Source of the DNA: Octopus sinensis | Taxonomy: Eukaryota | Length of the DNA stretch: 64,000 bases | NCBI RefSeq assembly: GCF_006345805.1 | Contig: NC_043018.1 | Span: 16,306,001 to 16,370,000, forward strand | Direction of reading: 5' to 3' | Shown: positions 12,018 through 26,495 of the stretch, one piece after another | How positions within the stretch are numbered: position 1 is the first letter of the stretch | How the letters are laid out: each line of letters starts with the position of its first letter | The notes under the pieces: model-generated | The model's database searches: none | Told to the model about the DNA's origin: nothing | Seen by the model: only the letters and a program-made list of their open reading frames with translations | Program-made: the position numbers and the translations under genes

Positions 12018-12445
12018 CTGACCCCGTACCGTCAAAAATGACAGCTAATTGTAGTATTTTATATGTAAATTAGTTTTCAGTTTAATAATTCTTTTATGAC
12101 CAAATTTTTTGTGAAAAAAAAAAATCTATCCGCAATTAACATCCATTGACTGCTTGTTTCCTACTAAAAGAATTTTAAAGTTTTCCTTCCTTCTTGTACG
12201 ACTTTAGGCCACATAAAGCTGGCCGTGACTAAATACAGGAACTGGCGAAGCGATGTTTCCCTTCCCTTGCGCTCTCCGTTACTGAAACCAACCTAAACTC
12301 ATACGACTTAAAGCCAGAAAAAGCAATTCGTGACTTATAGTTGATATTGTAAAAATTTCCTATTCAAAATTTATTTCATAAACTTCTTAATATGAATAAA
12401 TTAGGCACAAGTATGAACTGTTAAATGTGTATTTTTAATTACTTT

Positions 12446-13254
12446 TCAACTGCAGTCGTTTTATATTCTTCATACACTCAGGCAAAAATTATTTTCGCTG
12501 ATGAGTTTGTCTGCGTATATGTTTGTGTAGATGTGTGCGAATGTAATAATTATTTGTAACCCAACAGATAGAATATGAACGGTAAATCAAATCAATACAC
12601 TTGTCAATGTTATCTAGTGGTTGTGTTTTGAGATGTGACATCGATCACCGTGAATTACTGAAAGGAAGCTGGTTAGTTCATGTAAAGCTACTAAAAGAAC
12701 ACTGGGCAAAACATTCTTATAAATAAAGGACCCGTATAAACTGTTAAATTAAGATGTGCACTACGATCCCTATTGATCGTTTTTTTCCTCTTCCCCTTTT
12801 TTTCCCCTTTTTTCTTCTTTTTTCATTTCTCTTTTCTTTTGTTCCTTTTCCTTTTCTTTTTCTTTTTTTTTCTTTTTTCTTTTTTATTTTCTTTCTTTTT
12901 TTGTTCTTTTCTTCCCTTTTACGATCCCTCTTGATCGAAAACATACGCCACCCCTTTTTTGTTTCTTTTGTTTTTTGTTTTTTTCATCCCCCAAAAGAAA
13001 AGCTCTACCTTGTAACTTGTCCCATCTGTGTGCAGCCCTGTGTGGCCAATAAAGAAACTTATAATATACCTTTCAACTGCAGTCGTTTCATATCCTTGAT
13101 ACACTCAGGCAACAATTATTTTCGCTATTGAGTTTGTATAAGTATATGTTTGTGTGGGTGTGTTTGATTGTAAAAATTATTTGTAACCCAACAGATAGAA
13201 TATGGGTGGTACATCAAAATTAATACACTTGTCAATGTTATCTAGTGGTTGTCA
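12446..13254 (+). repeat. Diverged ~180-bp direct duplication (12446-12627 / 13073-13254) around a polypyrimidine tract
   Basis: The stretch tcaactgcagtcgttt..catacactcaggca..atttgtaacccaacagatagaatatg..acacttgtcaatgttatctagtggttgt is present twice. Confidence 0.85.
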
Positions 13255-13634
13255 TCGTTTATTACCCAAAGGATGCTAGCTCACATGTACAAACGTTCAC
13301 ATGCTTCCCTTGTACACGCACGCACATGCACACATATACTCACACAGATGTGAAACGCTGTTTGACTTTTCTTTTTACCTCTCCCTTCCTTATTCAACTA
13401 TCACCCCTTCCTTTCTCATTCATATGTTGTGACGTATAAAAACACAACATACAGTAGAAGAAACACAACGCTCTCTTTGCCACTTCCTCTCCCTCATTGC
13501 AATTATTTTCTCTCACTCCGTCTCAGTCATGGCTATTACTCTCACTACTTTTCCTTCACCGAGTTACTTTTTCTCTCCCCTCCCTTCACTTTTACTACTC
13601 TTTTTTCGTACTCCCTCCTACTGCATGATTTTGG

Positions 13635-13678
<44 letters not shown>

Positions 13679-13879
13679 TATTATTATATAGAAGGAGCTT
13701 CTACAGGACTAGAAATGTTTCATTCAGGAGAAATCTTCAGGAAGCGCTTCCTGAAGATTTCTCTTGAATGAAACAGTTCTAGTCCTGTAGAAGCCTTCTA
13801 TATAATAAATTAATTTTACTCTGCTATGTATTGAGTACCTTATTTACTGTGGTTAACCCCGAATCAACCCGGGACCTAC

Positions 13880-13936
<57 letters not shown>

Positions 13937-13954
13937 TAGATTATATTTATATAT

Positions 13955-13999
<45 letters not shown>

Positions 14000-14570
14000 C
14001 ATGGTAAAGTAAATATACGCAATAAATATAAATATGTATATAAAAGTAACAATATACATACACACACATATATATATATAAAATTTATGTGTTATATGTG
14101 TGTGTGTATTATGTATATGTGCTTGTGTGCAGGTATAAACATTTTCCTTCCTCGGTATGAGATTGTATTAATTTAATCACAAGAAGATTTGGGGAACATC
14201 TGCTTACAGGTGGGAAAGGTAAAAACATTAATATTAACAGTGATAGATGTTGCTTTTAATGTTTAAACCGCAGTCGTCTCATACATTTTCGTCTCAACGC
14301 AATATGAATTACCTGCAAACCAAATAATTGTGATATATTGCTTTAAACATGCTACGAGCATGGGGTTTACTATGCCTAGATGCAGGTTGCCGTCTTGCTT
14401 TGTATAAATATATACGTGGAAATATGAGCGTATATATATATATATCAATATAAATATATACACGTGAGAGAAGATGACGTAAAGGAGAGACATACAGACA
14501 TGAGTAGTTAAAGAAGCGCTATTCTTACGTATGGTGATTCCTCTATTTCGCGATTCTGAGTTCAAATCCT

Positions 14571-14738
14571 GACTATTTCTCACAACAGAATTGAGGAAAA
14601 AATGACAGAGGAAAAGAGGAGTCGACCCCAGTACATAACTGGTATTGTCGACTACTTCTCTCAACAGCATTGAGGAAAAAGTAACAGAGGAAAAGAAGAG
14701 TCGACTCCAGTACATAACTGGTATTGTCAACTTCTTCC
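14571..14738. repeat. 79-bp tandem duplication containing a SINE-B core motif
   Basis: caacag at 14583 and 14662; gtcgac(c/t)ccagtacataactggtattgtc occurs twice. Confidence 0.85.
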
Positions 14739-14910
14739 AGAAGTGGATAGCCATTGGCGTGTGAACATTCTGGGACAGACCCTTGATTAATATTGATATT
14801 ATTTATCGACCCCAGTATTGTTGTGGTTACAGCGTAGATTTAACTGACAGGAAAGTAAACATGCCACCACCTGTTGTCAAGTGGTGTGTGGTGGGGCGCA
14901 AACACCCATA

Positions 14911-15350
14911 TCTCTCTATATATAAACGGCAGTTTGTCTGTCTGTGTGTCTTTGTGTCTGTCAGGTTGTACTCTCACCCTGACGACGGCTTTCAACCGAT
15001 TCTCATGAAACTTGACACACACATAGCCCAATGTCATAATTCAAAACTAACGTAGTGAAAATTTTGAAAAGTTCCCCCAGTTCTGAAAAAAATCGATAAA
15101 TTCGACATTGGCTCGAGAATCTAAGCTTTTTATATGCAACACATTTTCTGTCTAGGGGACACAACTCGACCATTTTATCACCCAAAGGGACAGCTAGGTA
15201 CATCGTATACACAGAAGTATTCGAGTGAAGAGAAGACATTGCAACCTACACATGCGCCTTCGTTCCCTAGAGGGAAAGGACTAGATTGGGATTAGTCGTT
15301 GCCTACTAGGGGCTCTTACATACCCGGGCAACGCCGGGCTATGCTGCTAG
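14911..15350 (+). mobile_element. Non-autonomous Helitron (440 bp)
   Basis: 5' A|TC(TCTCTATATATAAA); 3' GC hairpin CCCGGGC-AAC-GCCGGG (15323-15338) followed by CTAG|T; no TSD. Confidence 0.8.
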
Positions 15351-15734
15351 TATATATATAAAATATACAAACACACGCACACACATGCAAGATTGTGTGT
15401 GTGTGTATGCACTGTGCGTATGTATAAGGATGGAGGACATTATTTCCTCTAACTCCTATTTCATTTGATACTAAAAGTTTGCCAGTGTTAAAGAGTTATT
15501 AGCGTTACAAATTGAATCACTGAAATTTATAGATCGATTATGTATTGAACGTGCTTAATTGATTTATTTCACAGGTATATTGTTTCGTTCAACTTATCCC
15601 GCTGAGAAAATACAGTTTAATGAAAGAAAGGGACGGTGTAGGAAATTGAGGTTTAACGGCACTTGTATCTCTCTGGAAGTGAAATATCTGTTACATACAA
15701 AAGCGATATATATATATATATATATATTAACATA

Positions 15735-16146
15735 GGCGCAGGAGTGGCTGTGTGGTAAGTAGCTTGCTAACCAACCACATGGTTCCAGGTTCAGTCCCAC
15801 TGCGTGGCATCTGGGGCAAGTGTCTTCTGCTATAGCCCCGGGCCGACCAATGCCTTGTGAGTGGATTTGGTAGACGGAAACTGAAAGAAGCCTGTCGTAT
15901 ATATGTATATATATATAATATGTGTGTGTGTGTGCGTTTGTGTGTCTTTGTTTGTCCCCCTAGCATTGCTTGACAACCGATGCTGGTGTGTTTACGTCCC
16001 CGTCACTTAGCGGTTCGGCAAAAGAGACCGATAGAATAAGTACTGAGCTTACAAAGAATAAGTCCCGGGGTCGATTTGCTCGACTAAAGGCGGTGCTCCA
16101 GCATGGCTGCAGTCAAATGACTGAAACATGTAAAGAGTAAAGAGTA

Positions 16147-16147
<1 letters not shown>
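15735..16147 (+). mobile_element. SINE-C full length
   Basis: Head, internal TA/TG tract and tail all intact. Confidence 0.92.
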
Positions 16148-16179
<32 letters not shown>

Positions 16180-16255
16180 GGTACATATATATATATATAT
16201 ATACATACATACACATATATATATATATGTATAATATATATATATATATATAATA

Positions 16256-16289
<34 letters not shown>

Positions 16290-16325
16290 TTCTATATATA
16301 TACTTATGTACACACACTATATATA

Positions 16326-16650
16326 CGAGGTTTGATCAATAAGTATCCGAACTGTTGCCATAATAACGAAACTAAAACGCTTAGCGTAAAGCCGCTTGGT
16401 AAATATTGACCTGTAACTCCGCTGTGCATGCGCACTTAATTTTAAGGTTCTAATTCACTTTCCCTGTTTATAGTAGTGCTTGGAAGAAACGTGTGTAACA
16501 TGTGATCGTCGCATTCAGCATCACAGAGGAAGTTGCCATGGCGATACCCTCTCAGTGACCTTTCTGCATACTTGCAGAAAATGTATGAGCCTTTTCCAAG
16601 ATGGCTGAAAAAAATGTCGATATTGACCAACGTTCTAGAAAACCCACAAC
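16326..16650 (+). mobile_element. mariner-type transposon, left-end fragment
   Basis: TA|CGAGGTTTGATCAATAAGTATCCG looks like a TIR start; degenerate FQDG*KNVDIDQRSRKPTT resembles the mariner F.DG...V.DD.RSGRP.T motif. Confidence 0.6.
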
Positions 16651-16670
16651 CTATAGTGGAAAGTATTATT

Positions 16671-16787
<117 letters not shown>

Positions 16788-17360
16788 GAGTGAGAGAGCA
16801 GTGCATGCCATCAAAGTGACACTGGGGTAAAATATACGAAGCCCAATATACCCATCATGACTACCCGTCTGATAAAGGTACACCAGGCACATGCATCACA
16901 ACCATATGTGCGCGACATGGTGATCTCATATCAAGATAAACAGCACATGACCTTGCAGGTGGGGCCCAGTTAGAATTTTCTTCAGGTCGAGTAGCCCATC
17001 ACGCTCAAAAGGTCCCTGAATAAGGGTTGTTTAAGGATGTTGAAAGAACCACCCATGTTTCCAGAGGTGAATTATTCAAACCCCAAAGAATCCAGAGGTG
17101 AATTATTCAAACCCCAAAGAATCCCTCTCAACACATGGCTATGATGCTCCCCCACTACTTCTGCTCGTGATCAGAGATGCACATATCGTCAGCTCACTAA
17201 GGGACATGCTCAAACAACTGACAAGCAAATCTGTGGTATTAAGCAGAATATTTGCTGTAGTCCATCTTTTATACCAAGACAAAACAATGTACATGATAAC
17301 ACTTCCAATCAGTTAAGATCAGAAGCCATGAGAGCCACTGCCTGATACTGCATCAGGGCA

Positions 17361-17361
<1 letters not shown>
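16788..17361 (-). mobile_element. ~560-bp (TAA)n-embedded element, full length, with a 31-bp internal duplication
   Basis: Same termini as 11385-11940; 17061-17091 equals 17092-17122. Confidence 0.9.
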
Positions 17362-17424
<63 letters not shown>

Positions 17425-17671
17425 TTGGTTTGGCTCAGGTTTGGTATTATTCCTTGTAGGATTTATGAGGTTAGAGGTTACTATCCACAAGCTTTCAGCA
17501 GTGTTCAAGTGCTTAGCAGCCTCCTGATAATCCTTGCTGTACCGAAGAGACGAACTTTTTGTAGGGACGAACTTTTTGTACTGAACACTCTGTTCCAATC
17601 CCCTGCAGCAATTTGTCTATATCTTTACTTACTGTTCCCGACGCACCAATTATTATTGGCACGACCTTTAC

Positions 17672-17675
<4 letters not shown>
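17425..17675 (-). mobile_element. 3' fragment of an R4/Dong-type RLE LINE (family 1)
   Basis: Reads TVKVVPIIIGASGTVSKDIDKLLQGIG..VQKV, then after a frameshifting short duplication RLFGTARIIRRLLST*. Flanked by (TAA)n. Confidence 0.75.
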
Positions 17676-17735
<60 letters not shown>

Positions 17736-17738
17736 ATA

Positions 17739-17772
<34 letters not shown>

Positions 17773-17835
17773 ATTATTATTAATATTCTTATTATTATTA
17801 TTATTAATATTATTATATTACAACTACTACTACTA

Positions 17836-17870
<35 letters not shown>

Positions 17871-18479
17871 ACTACTACTACTACTACTACTGTACTACTA
17901 CTACTACTACTAACGTATGGAAGAATACATATCACTGAATGGCAATATATTACGTTTCCCTGCATAGAATGAACTACTACAGTAATAAAAGACTGCCATA
18001 ATTGATGAACAAAACTGACAGCAGAGAAAGAAATACAGGAATGGTAAATTAGGAAATTCCCAAAGGGTAAGACCCATGCAAAATTCAGCACGAATTAGTT
18101 CATCAAGGCCATTAATCTTAATCTTAATCTAATGATTCTTACTTATACAGGATCAAACAGTAGACTATTCTTGATGGTTCTGTAGAATTTTCCAAAGACA
18201 AATGGCTTCTATCACAAGACATTGAAATAAAACATGGTTAACTTAACCAGGGAGATTCCAGTAATTTTATTATGTAAATAGTTCAGTGATGGTGGCCTGA
18301 TATAAACTACGAGCCTCACCTCAATTAACCCCCTACCCCCGATAAATAGCCCAATAACTTTTAACGTTAAGCCATTTCCGATGGACATTGTTTTATAACT
18401 TTTATAGGTGAAGGCATGGATGTAGAGTAAGAACCCTCTAGACGCAGTTCAAAACCAAAAAGAAAATAATTCACTAACA

Positions 18480-18915
18480 TTAAACTGTGATGACACCCCT
18501 GAAGGGGCTCGCAATTTTGTAAGTCCCTTTGAGGGCGAAGAGATATTGTTTCTTCCCACGTATTGTGAGAAGAAGTTGACGAGGGCTTAGGTCTACGGTT
18601 TGCCATCCGAGATACAACCCGAGTGGATAGAAGACACTATCCGCCGGTGTCTGGATGGCAGCGGAGCCAAGCTCCTCAATGTCAATGCGGCTGATTGGGT
18701 GGGGTCAAAAGCGATTTTGACCCTGTGAACCCAATCAGCCAAGAATGTGGTGTTTCCAGATTTCTTAAAATGGCCAGCTGTAGGTATCCGGTGATTCTTG
18801 AGAGACGCACCGCCACAAGCTTCCGTTTAAGGCACCCTGACCTGACACTATCGAAGTGCTTGAGTGACGCTTTGAGCTTGGTCGGGTGCTGGCAGGGAGG
18901 AAAATTGCAAAATTA
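18480..18915 (+). mobile_element. Possible LINE ORF1 (L1/Tx1-like) remnant
   Basis: GC-richer island reading DTPEGARNF..LFLPTYCEKKLTRA*VYGLPSEIQPEWIEDTI, with stops; weak recalled resemblance only. Confidence 0.35.
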
Positions 18916-18936
18916 AGAGGCTGAGTGACTCATACC

Positions 18937-19168
18937 TATTTCTTTATTACCCACAAGGGGCTAAGCATAGAGGGGACGAACAAGGACAGACATAGGTATT
19001 AAGTCGATTACACCGACCCCAGTGCGTAACTGGTACTTAATTTATCGACCCCGAAAGGATGAAAGGCAAAGTCGACCTCGGCGGAATTTGAACTAACAAC
19101 GTTGCGACAGACGAAATCCGCTAAGCATTTCGCCCGGTGCGCTAACGTTTCTGCCAGCTCGCCGCCTT
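18937..19168 (-). mobile_element. SINE-B (tail-1)
   Basis: Head rc at 19168; GACTCATACC is duplicated at 18927-18936 and 19175-19184. Confidence 0.88.
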
Positions 19169-19494
19169 ATGAGGGACTCATACCGAAAGGGCAAATGGCC
19201 CATAAGAGAAAATGTAAGAAGCCTAGTATCTCATTTTCCAGGACATGGTGTTATTTTTGGTAAAGGCTTAGTGCCTCATTGTAAGGATCTTGAGTCCAAA
19301 TGCAAGTCAGAGGTTTATTACCTCAAATTGTATGTGTGTAAAAGAACAATGTTTTAGAGAAGCAGAGATCGGCGGGCGTCTTCTGCCTTCCCTCATTAAT
19401 ACCATTTCGTTCATCATTCACCTCATTAATATTATTGTCCAGCTCGCAGCTACTACTACTATGTAATGTCTTGATGGCAAAGTAAATGGAATAG

Positions 19495-19634
19495 AGTAGC
19501 TTGCTTAACAACCACATAGTTCCAGGTTCAGTCCCACTGCGTGGCATCTTCGGCGAGTGTCTTCTACTATAGCCTTGGGCCGACCAAAGCCTTGTGAGTG
19601 GATTTGGTAGACGGAAACTGAAAGAAGCCCGTCG

Positions 19635-19678
<44 letters not shown>

Positions 19679-19885
19679 AGTGTGTGTGTGTCTGTTTGTA
19701 CCCCCGCCATCGCTTGACAACCGATGTTTGTGTATTCACGCCCCGCAATCTAGTGGTTCGGGAAAAGAGACCGATAGAATAAGTACTAGGCTTACAAATA
19801 ATAAGTCCTGGAGGGAGGGGGGGATCGATTTGCTCGAATGAAGGCGTTGCTCCAGCATGGCCGCAGTCAAATGACTGAAACAGAT
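19495..19885 (+). mobile_element. SINE-C (slightly 5'-truncated), ending ~25 bp from an exon donor
   Basis: Body and tail match the other SINE-C copies. Confidence 0.88.
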
Positions 19886-19910
19886 AAACGAATAACAAAA
19901 TGTTACCAAC

Positions 19911-20086
19911 CTTTTTTCCGGCAGCGAAAGGGTCAGGAAAGTTAAAGGGCGCCTTCTCGTTGTATTCGTTGACCATTTTCTCGAAATGCCTGTAATTGCG
20001 GTTAGACGGGGGTTGCGGTGCCATCACCAATAAGGATCGTGCGGCTGCACCACAGTTTAAATTGTCTGTTGGATTATCCATTGCCT
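19911..20086 (-). CDS. Receptor guanylyl cyclase, ectodomain exon (most 5' exon found)
   Basis: Acceptor ttttttctacttcag|AG (phase 1) and donor AAG|gttggt (phase 0); 176 nt. Reads EAMDNPTDNLNCGAAARSLLVMAPQPPSNRNYRHFEKMVNEYNEKAPFNFPDPFAAGKK. The ARSLLV..PP and YN.K.PFNF motifs resemble invertebrate Gyc76C/Gyc32E ectodomains (recalled homology). Confidence 0.88.
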
Positions 20087-20218
20087 CTGAAGTAGAAAAA
20101 AGCGAAAACAAAAAATAAGGCAATAACAAAACACAGGAAAAAGATTTTAAAAAACATTTTAACTTTTGAATTGTTGCAATATTCTTTTACTATTTTTCTA
20201 ACCGGAACTCCACAGAGT

Positions 20219-20527
20219 GCAGGAGTGGCTGTGTGGTAAGTAGCTTGCTTACCAACCACATGGTTCCAGGTTCAGTCCCTCTGCGTGGCATCTTGGGCAA
20301 ATGTCTTCTACTATAGCCTCGGGCCGACGAAAGCTTTGTGAGTGAATTTGGTAGACGGAAACTCAAAGAAGACCGTCGTATATATGTATGTATATATGGT
20401 TGTGTGTGTGTATGTTTGTGTGTCTGTGCTTGTCCCCTAGTATTGCTTGACAACCGATGCTTGTGTGTCTATATCCCCGTCACTTATCGGTTACAGAGAA
20501 GAAGTTCCGGGGTCTATTTGCTCGACT
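20219..20527 (+). mobile_element. SINE-C (3'-truncated)
   Basis: Head gcaggagtggctgtgtggtaag. Confidence 0.85.
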
Positions 20528-20544
20528 TAAAACTCTCAAAAGAA

Positions 20545-22600
20545 ATTCAAATCATTTGTAAAGGTTTAAAATTTACCGCGACACCACAGGAATCTCAATG
20601 GAATACGAGATTACCTCAAAGACGTCTGCAGAAAATTTAGATTAAGAGAACTGTTCCATACTGTAAACAGTAAATAATCCATTGATCAACACAAAAGCAA
20701 CTCGGCAAAAGCGAAAAACAAAACTGAATGAATGTTGTGAATGCATATCCGCTTTCTCATAGAATGAACTTTCACTTCCTAAACTGAAACCCTACTCTAG
20801 TTGAACATACTAGAAAACAATATATGACCTGAAAAGTGATCGTAACATTATTATACAAGAAGCTGGTAATTCAAGTGTTGTAGCGATTGTGAATGTGGAA
20901 CAATACCAAAATGCCGCATTCACTCCACTTTCATTTGCAAATCACTACAAAAGCGTAAACAGTTTTCCATAAACAAAAACAATGTCTGAATTTAACACTC
21001 TCACGGAAATGGTTTAACTAATACAGAAATTGATTATCTAACAAATTCTATAGCCAAAACCAGTTTCTTTTATGGACTTTTCCAAATCCGCAAAAAGAAA
21101 CAACGCTGCCTGCAAAGAATCAGCCCCAGTCTATATAAATATACCATTTCTGAAGGATAACAAATGAAAGCCGGTTGTGACAGGCCTAGCCCGTAAAACA
21201 CAGACTTGGCAACTTCATTGACATACTGTTGTTAAAACCTTTCCTGAAATATATACCCAGTTTCATAAGGGATTATCAAAACATATTACACCATCTCCCA
21301 CCAAACGGTAACATGGATACCACTATGGATCCTTTTGATACGGTGCATCTTTATACTACCATTCCACACGAATACGAACTGGAGGCAATAGCTTTTGGGC
21401 TAGGAAGATTCCCTGATGAGGCAGAGATTAAAATTCATCCATGGAAACAATTACATTTTCGAGGAAAATACATACCAAAAATAACTGGGATTGTGATGGG
21501 TACAATAGCTGCCCCAACATATACCAATATATTCATGGTATATCTAGAAGTCCAGCTATATTAACAAGCCAACACGACGTGCGGTATCAAAACTTTACAA
21601 AACTTTCTGGTGTAAAATTGAAAGCGATACTTAGATGACTACCTCATTCTGTGGACATACAATCTCTATGAATTCAATGATTTGAAATCCCTACTCACTA
21701 CTTTCAATAACAGTATTCACTTACAACCAAATTCAACTGCCCTTCCAAGACATTTTGATCATAAAGAATGACACGAACATAGAAACCGACATCCATTACA
21801 AACCAGCGGACTCTAAACTGTATCTTCCAAGACATACCAAAACAACCTAGCTAGAAGAACTCAAACAATTGTCTCTGATCCGAAAATGAATAAGAAACAA
21901 AGAAAAAAGAACATCTGGAATAAAATAGGCAATACTTGAAAGAAAAAAACCCGTCAACTCTTACAGAATATGGGACACATCGTGCTAAAGCAATATGCAT
22001 TGAAGAAATACGAAAGGCCGAAAACAGTTTTGATACATCCAAAATGCTATTATAACACACAAACCAAGAAACAAAAATATTCAGCATTATCCTTTAGAAT
22101 ATATCATAATTCAGCCAAGATCCAAGAGTGAAAAGACGCTTGAATTATGCAAATAATCAGATGTAAAAGACATCACAAATCCCTAAAACATATTTACCGG
22201 CACGAACGTACAACTACAAATTTAACTCCAACAGTTAAACTGCAAGGCTGCTATACTTTCATAACTTGTACCGACCTTATTTGTGATACATCATATGAAT
22301 TTAAATGAAGACAAATTTATAGTGTGAAAAATCTGTTCTTTAATATAAGCCACCAAATTAAATGGATGCAGCGCATACCACGTTGTACAATCTGAACTCA
22401 CTTTAAGAATGAGATTAACAGTTCATCGACAGCAAGTGCGAAATCCCAAAACTAGACAAGTCCCACTCAGTAAATATTTAGAATATTCTTTTCACTTTAT
22501 TAATATGAAGACAATGCCAGAAACCAAATACAAATAAATAAAGGAAATTTGTTTATTGAAATACAAACCATGATTGAACAGGCTATAAAAATATCGGTTA
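20545..22600 (+). mobile_element. Degenerate Penelope-like element (RT + GIY-YIG remnants)
   Basis: LSKEIQIICKGLKFTATP; KPFLKYIPSFIRDY..DTVHLYTTIPH; GIVMGTIAAPTYTNIFMVYLE (Penelope RT motifs); remnant VHRQQVRNPKTRQVPLSKY; many stops and frameshifts. Confidence 0.8.
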
Positions 22601-23199
22601 TATGCAATTCGCCATGGACTATGAGTACTATCCATGTTTGCATAAAATTTGCTGCCGATGGAGGCGATTCATATCTCTCTTTTTAAGTTCATTAATTGCA
22701 GTTTAATATTAGGCATAGCAAATTTTAGATATTTCATTTCATTTCTTCTCCTCTTCACTAAGTCATCCTTACCATTCCTTAGGTGAGTTTTTGTGTTTGG
22801 TGCATTCATTACTTTCTTGAATTTTAACACATGCGCACAAGCACACACACTAATACATTCCTTTGTTTCTCTGTGAACCTCTTCTTCTCTATTTATATTT
22901 GGTCCGTAAAATACAACATATTTACATGTTTGACATGAAAATTTCGGAAGCAAATAATTATTTTTTATTCCCTCGAGAATCTTCGAGCAATTTTGAACTG
23001 CTATTATTCAGAACAATTATGCATTCGAATGAGTTTGAAACTAATATTTCTTTTTCGATCGTTTTGTTCATATTTTGGTAAGAAAGAGACTGAATCATCC
23101 ACGAAAACACTCAATAAGAACAAGACATCTTTGGAAAATCGATTAGAGAAGATACAGTTTGCATAAATGTTTTCACATCAACAAATGTGACACCGTTTG

Positions 23200-23943
23200 A
23201 ATATAGATACATACACACACCACACACACATAGACATACATACATACATACATATATGTATATATATTGTATGTATATATATATATATATATATTAAACA
23301 TATTTATACAATATACATACACATATGTATATATATATATTATATATTATATATACTATTTATACATATATACATACAATTGTATATATATATATATATA
23401 CATTTATACATATATACATACACATATGTTATATATATATATATATATATATAATACATATTTAACATGATACATACACATATGTATCGATATATATATA
23501 TACATATTTATACATATATACATACACATATGTAGATATTATATATATATATATATACATATTATAACATATATAATACACATAGTATATATATATATAT
23601 ATATATACATATTTATACATATATACATACACATGTGTATATATATATATATACATATTTATATGATACACATATGTATATATTATATATATATATATAC
23701 ATATATATATACAATATTAACATATACATACACATATGTATATATATATATATAATATACATATTTATACATTATACATACACATATGTATATATATATA
23801 TATATAGACTATACATATATACATATATACATACACATATGATATATATATATATATATATATACAATTATACATATACATACACATATGTATATATTAT
23901 ATATATATAATATACATATTTATAATATATACATACACATATG

Positions 23944-23974
<31 letters not shown>

Positions 23975-23997
23975 CATATTTTCATATATACATACAC

Positions 23998-24033
<36 letters not shown>

Positions 24034-24140
24034 TATACATATATACATACATATATGTATATATATATCCAATATAAAATATATATATATATATATATAC
24101 ATAATATTATATATTATATATACAAAATATATAATAATAA
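23200..24140. repeat. TA-derived ~50-bp minisatellite mosaic
   Basis: Recurrent catatttatacatatatacatacacatatgta module between (TA)n runs. Confidence 0.85.
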
Positions 24141-24647
24141 ACTATAGTATTAGTGGCTATTCAAAGCGTCAGCCATGCAGGCAAGTTTAAAACATATGAT
24201 GGTACTGAAAGAAAATCAGCTTTGCTAGAGATAGAATTCAAATGACCTCCGATGTCAGAGAGAGAGGGAGAGGGAGAGAGAGAGAGAGAGGGAGAGAGAG
24301 AGAGAGATTAAAAACAAGCATGGTTAAAATCGAGCAGAGAATAAAAATTTAGGCTGATTCCTTTGCGTAGATCGCAGAAGGAAATGACAGATAACTTAAT
24401 ACCAGTTTATATGTATATAATACCGATGTATATATGTATTGCCGAGGGTAGCACACAGTGGGACTGAAACCGGAACCATGTGGTTAGGAAGCAAACTTCT
24501 AACAACACACCAACAATAATGTATTGAATAGCATCTATATGGACCTATTAGCTAAATGGTAATTTTTGATCAGTTTACCATAACACTGTGTAACACTATT
24601 TTTGTCCTTGGTTGACTGTTTCTTTCAAAGTTTTGCTTTTGTTATAC

Positions 24648-24794
24648 TTATTCAAACCCCAAAGAATCCCTTTTAGCGCATGGCTATGATGCTCCCCCGC
24701 CACTCCTGCTCATCATCTGCACATACCGTCTGCCACTAAGGGACACGCTCAAGTAGTTAAGGTCAACCAATCTGTGGCATTGACCAGAATATTT
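24648..24794 (-). mobile_element. Internal fragment of the ~560-bp element
   Basis: ttattcaaaccccaaagaatccc..atggctatgatgctccccc. Confidence 0.7.
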
Positions 24795-25441
24795 ACTATA
24801 ACGATATATCTGCTTCAGTCACTCGGTGCTGAATCTGTGTGAAATGTAATGGAAAAATGGTCAGTTTCAAAACGTTGATGTCCAGGTCACAAAGCAAAGT
24901 TTGAAAGAAATAGTAGCCATTTCCTTTGATTTCAAGATAGAAGCAAATACCAAATAAAATTTACAGACCAGAGATAGAAATAAATATAAAATAAAATTGT
25001 TACGCATTGTAATTACCAACCGTAGAAGTTTCTACACGAGATTTATGTGAAGCGAATGAAACTTAGCTTATGAAGTAAAGGATAGATATGAAATCAGAAT
25101 AGATGAAAATATGGTTAATATTCTTCGCTGAATGAACATGAATTTGTCATTTTCGTCTATATATCCGGACATGACTGTCACCTAGTAAAGTACCAAGATC
25201 TATAATGCCAACAGATATAAGACCAAGAGCCATCAGCTTCGTATAGTTTTGTAATTACTCACAACCGATATGATTGTCTGACTGATATGACTATCTTCCC
25301 TGTCTGTCAGCATTTATCGATTATATAGATAATGAAACTGAAATCGAAGGCGCTGTCAAATTATTGTTCACTGCATATGTATTAAACACAATATTCCTTG
25401 ACACATAATTGCTGAAATTAGCTTTCGTTTAGTTCTCTCTA

Positions 25442-26495
<1,054 letters not shown>

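Noticed and set aside
19323-20129. 268-aa ORF (and the 266-aa ORF at 10688-11488) as single-exon genes
   Set aside because: Only the internal spliced segments are cyclase-like; the rest is SINE, microsatellite or 560-bp element read-through.
22669-22953. 94-aa minus-strand ORF as a cyclase exon
   Set aside because: No acceptor site and no homology motifs; low-complexity purine-rich sequence.
25263-25337. Candidate upstream exon (cag...gtgagt on minus)
   Set aside because: Stop codons in all three frames.
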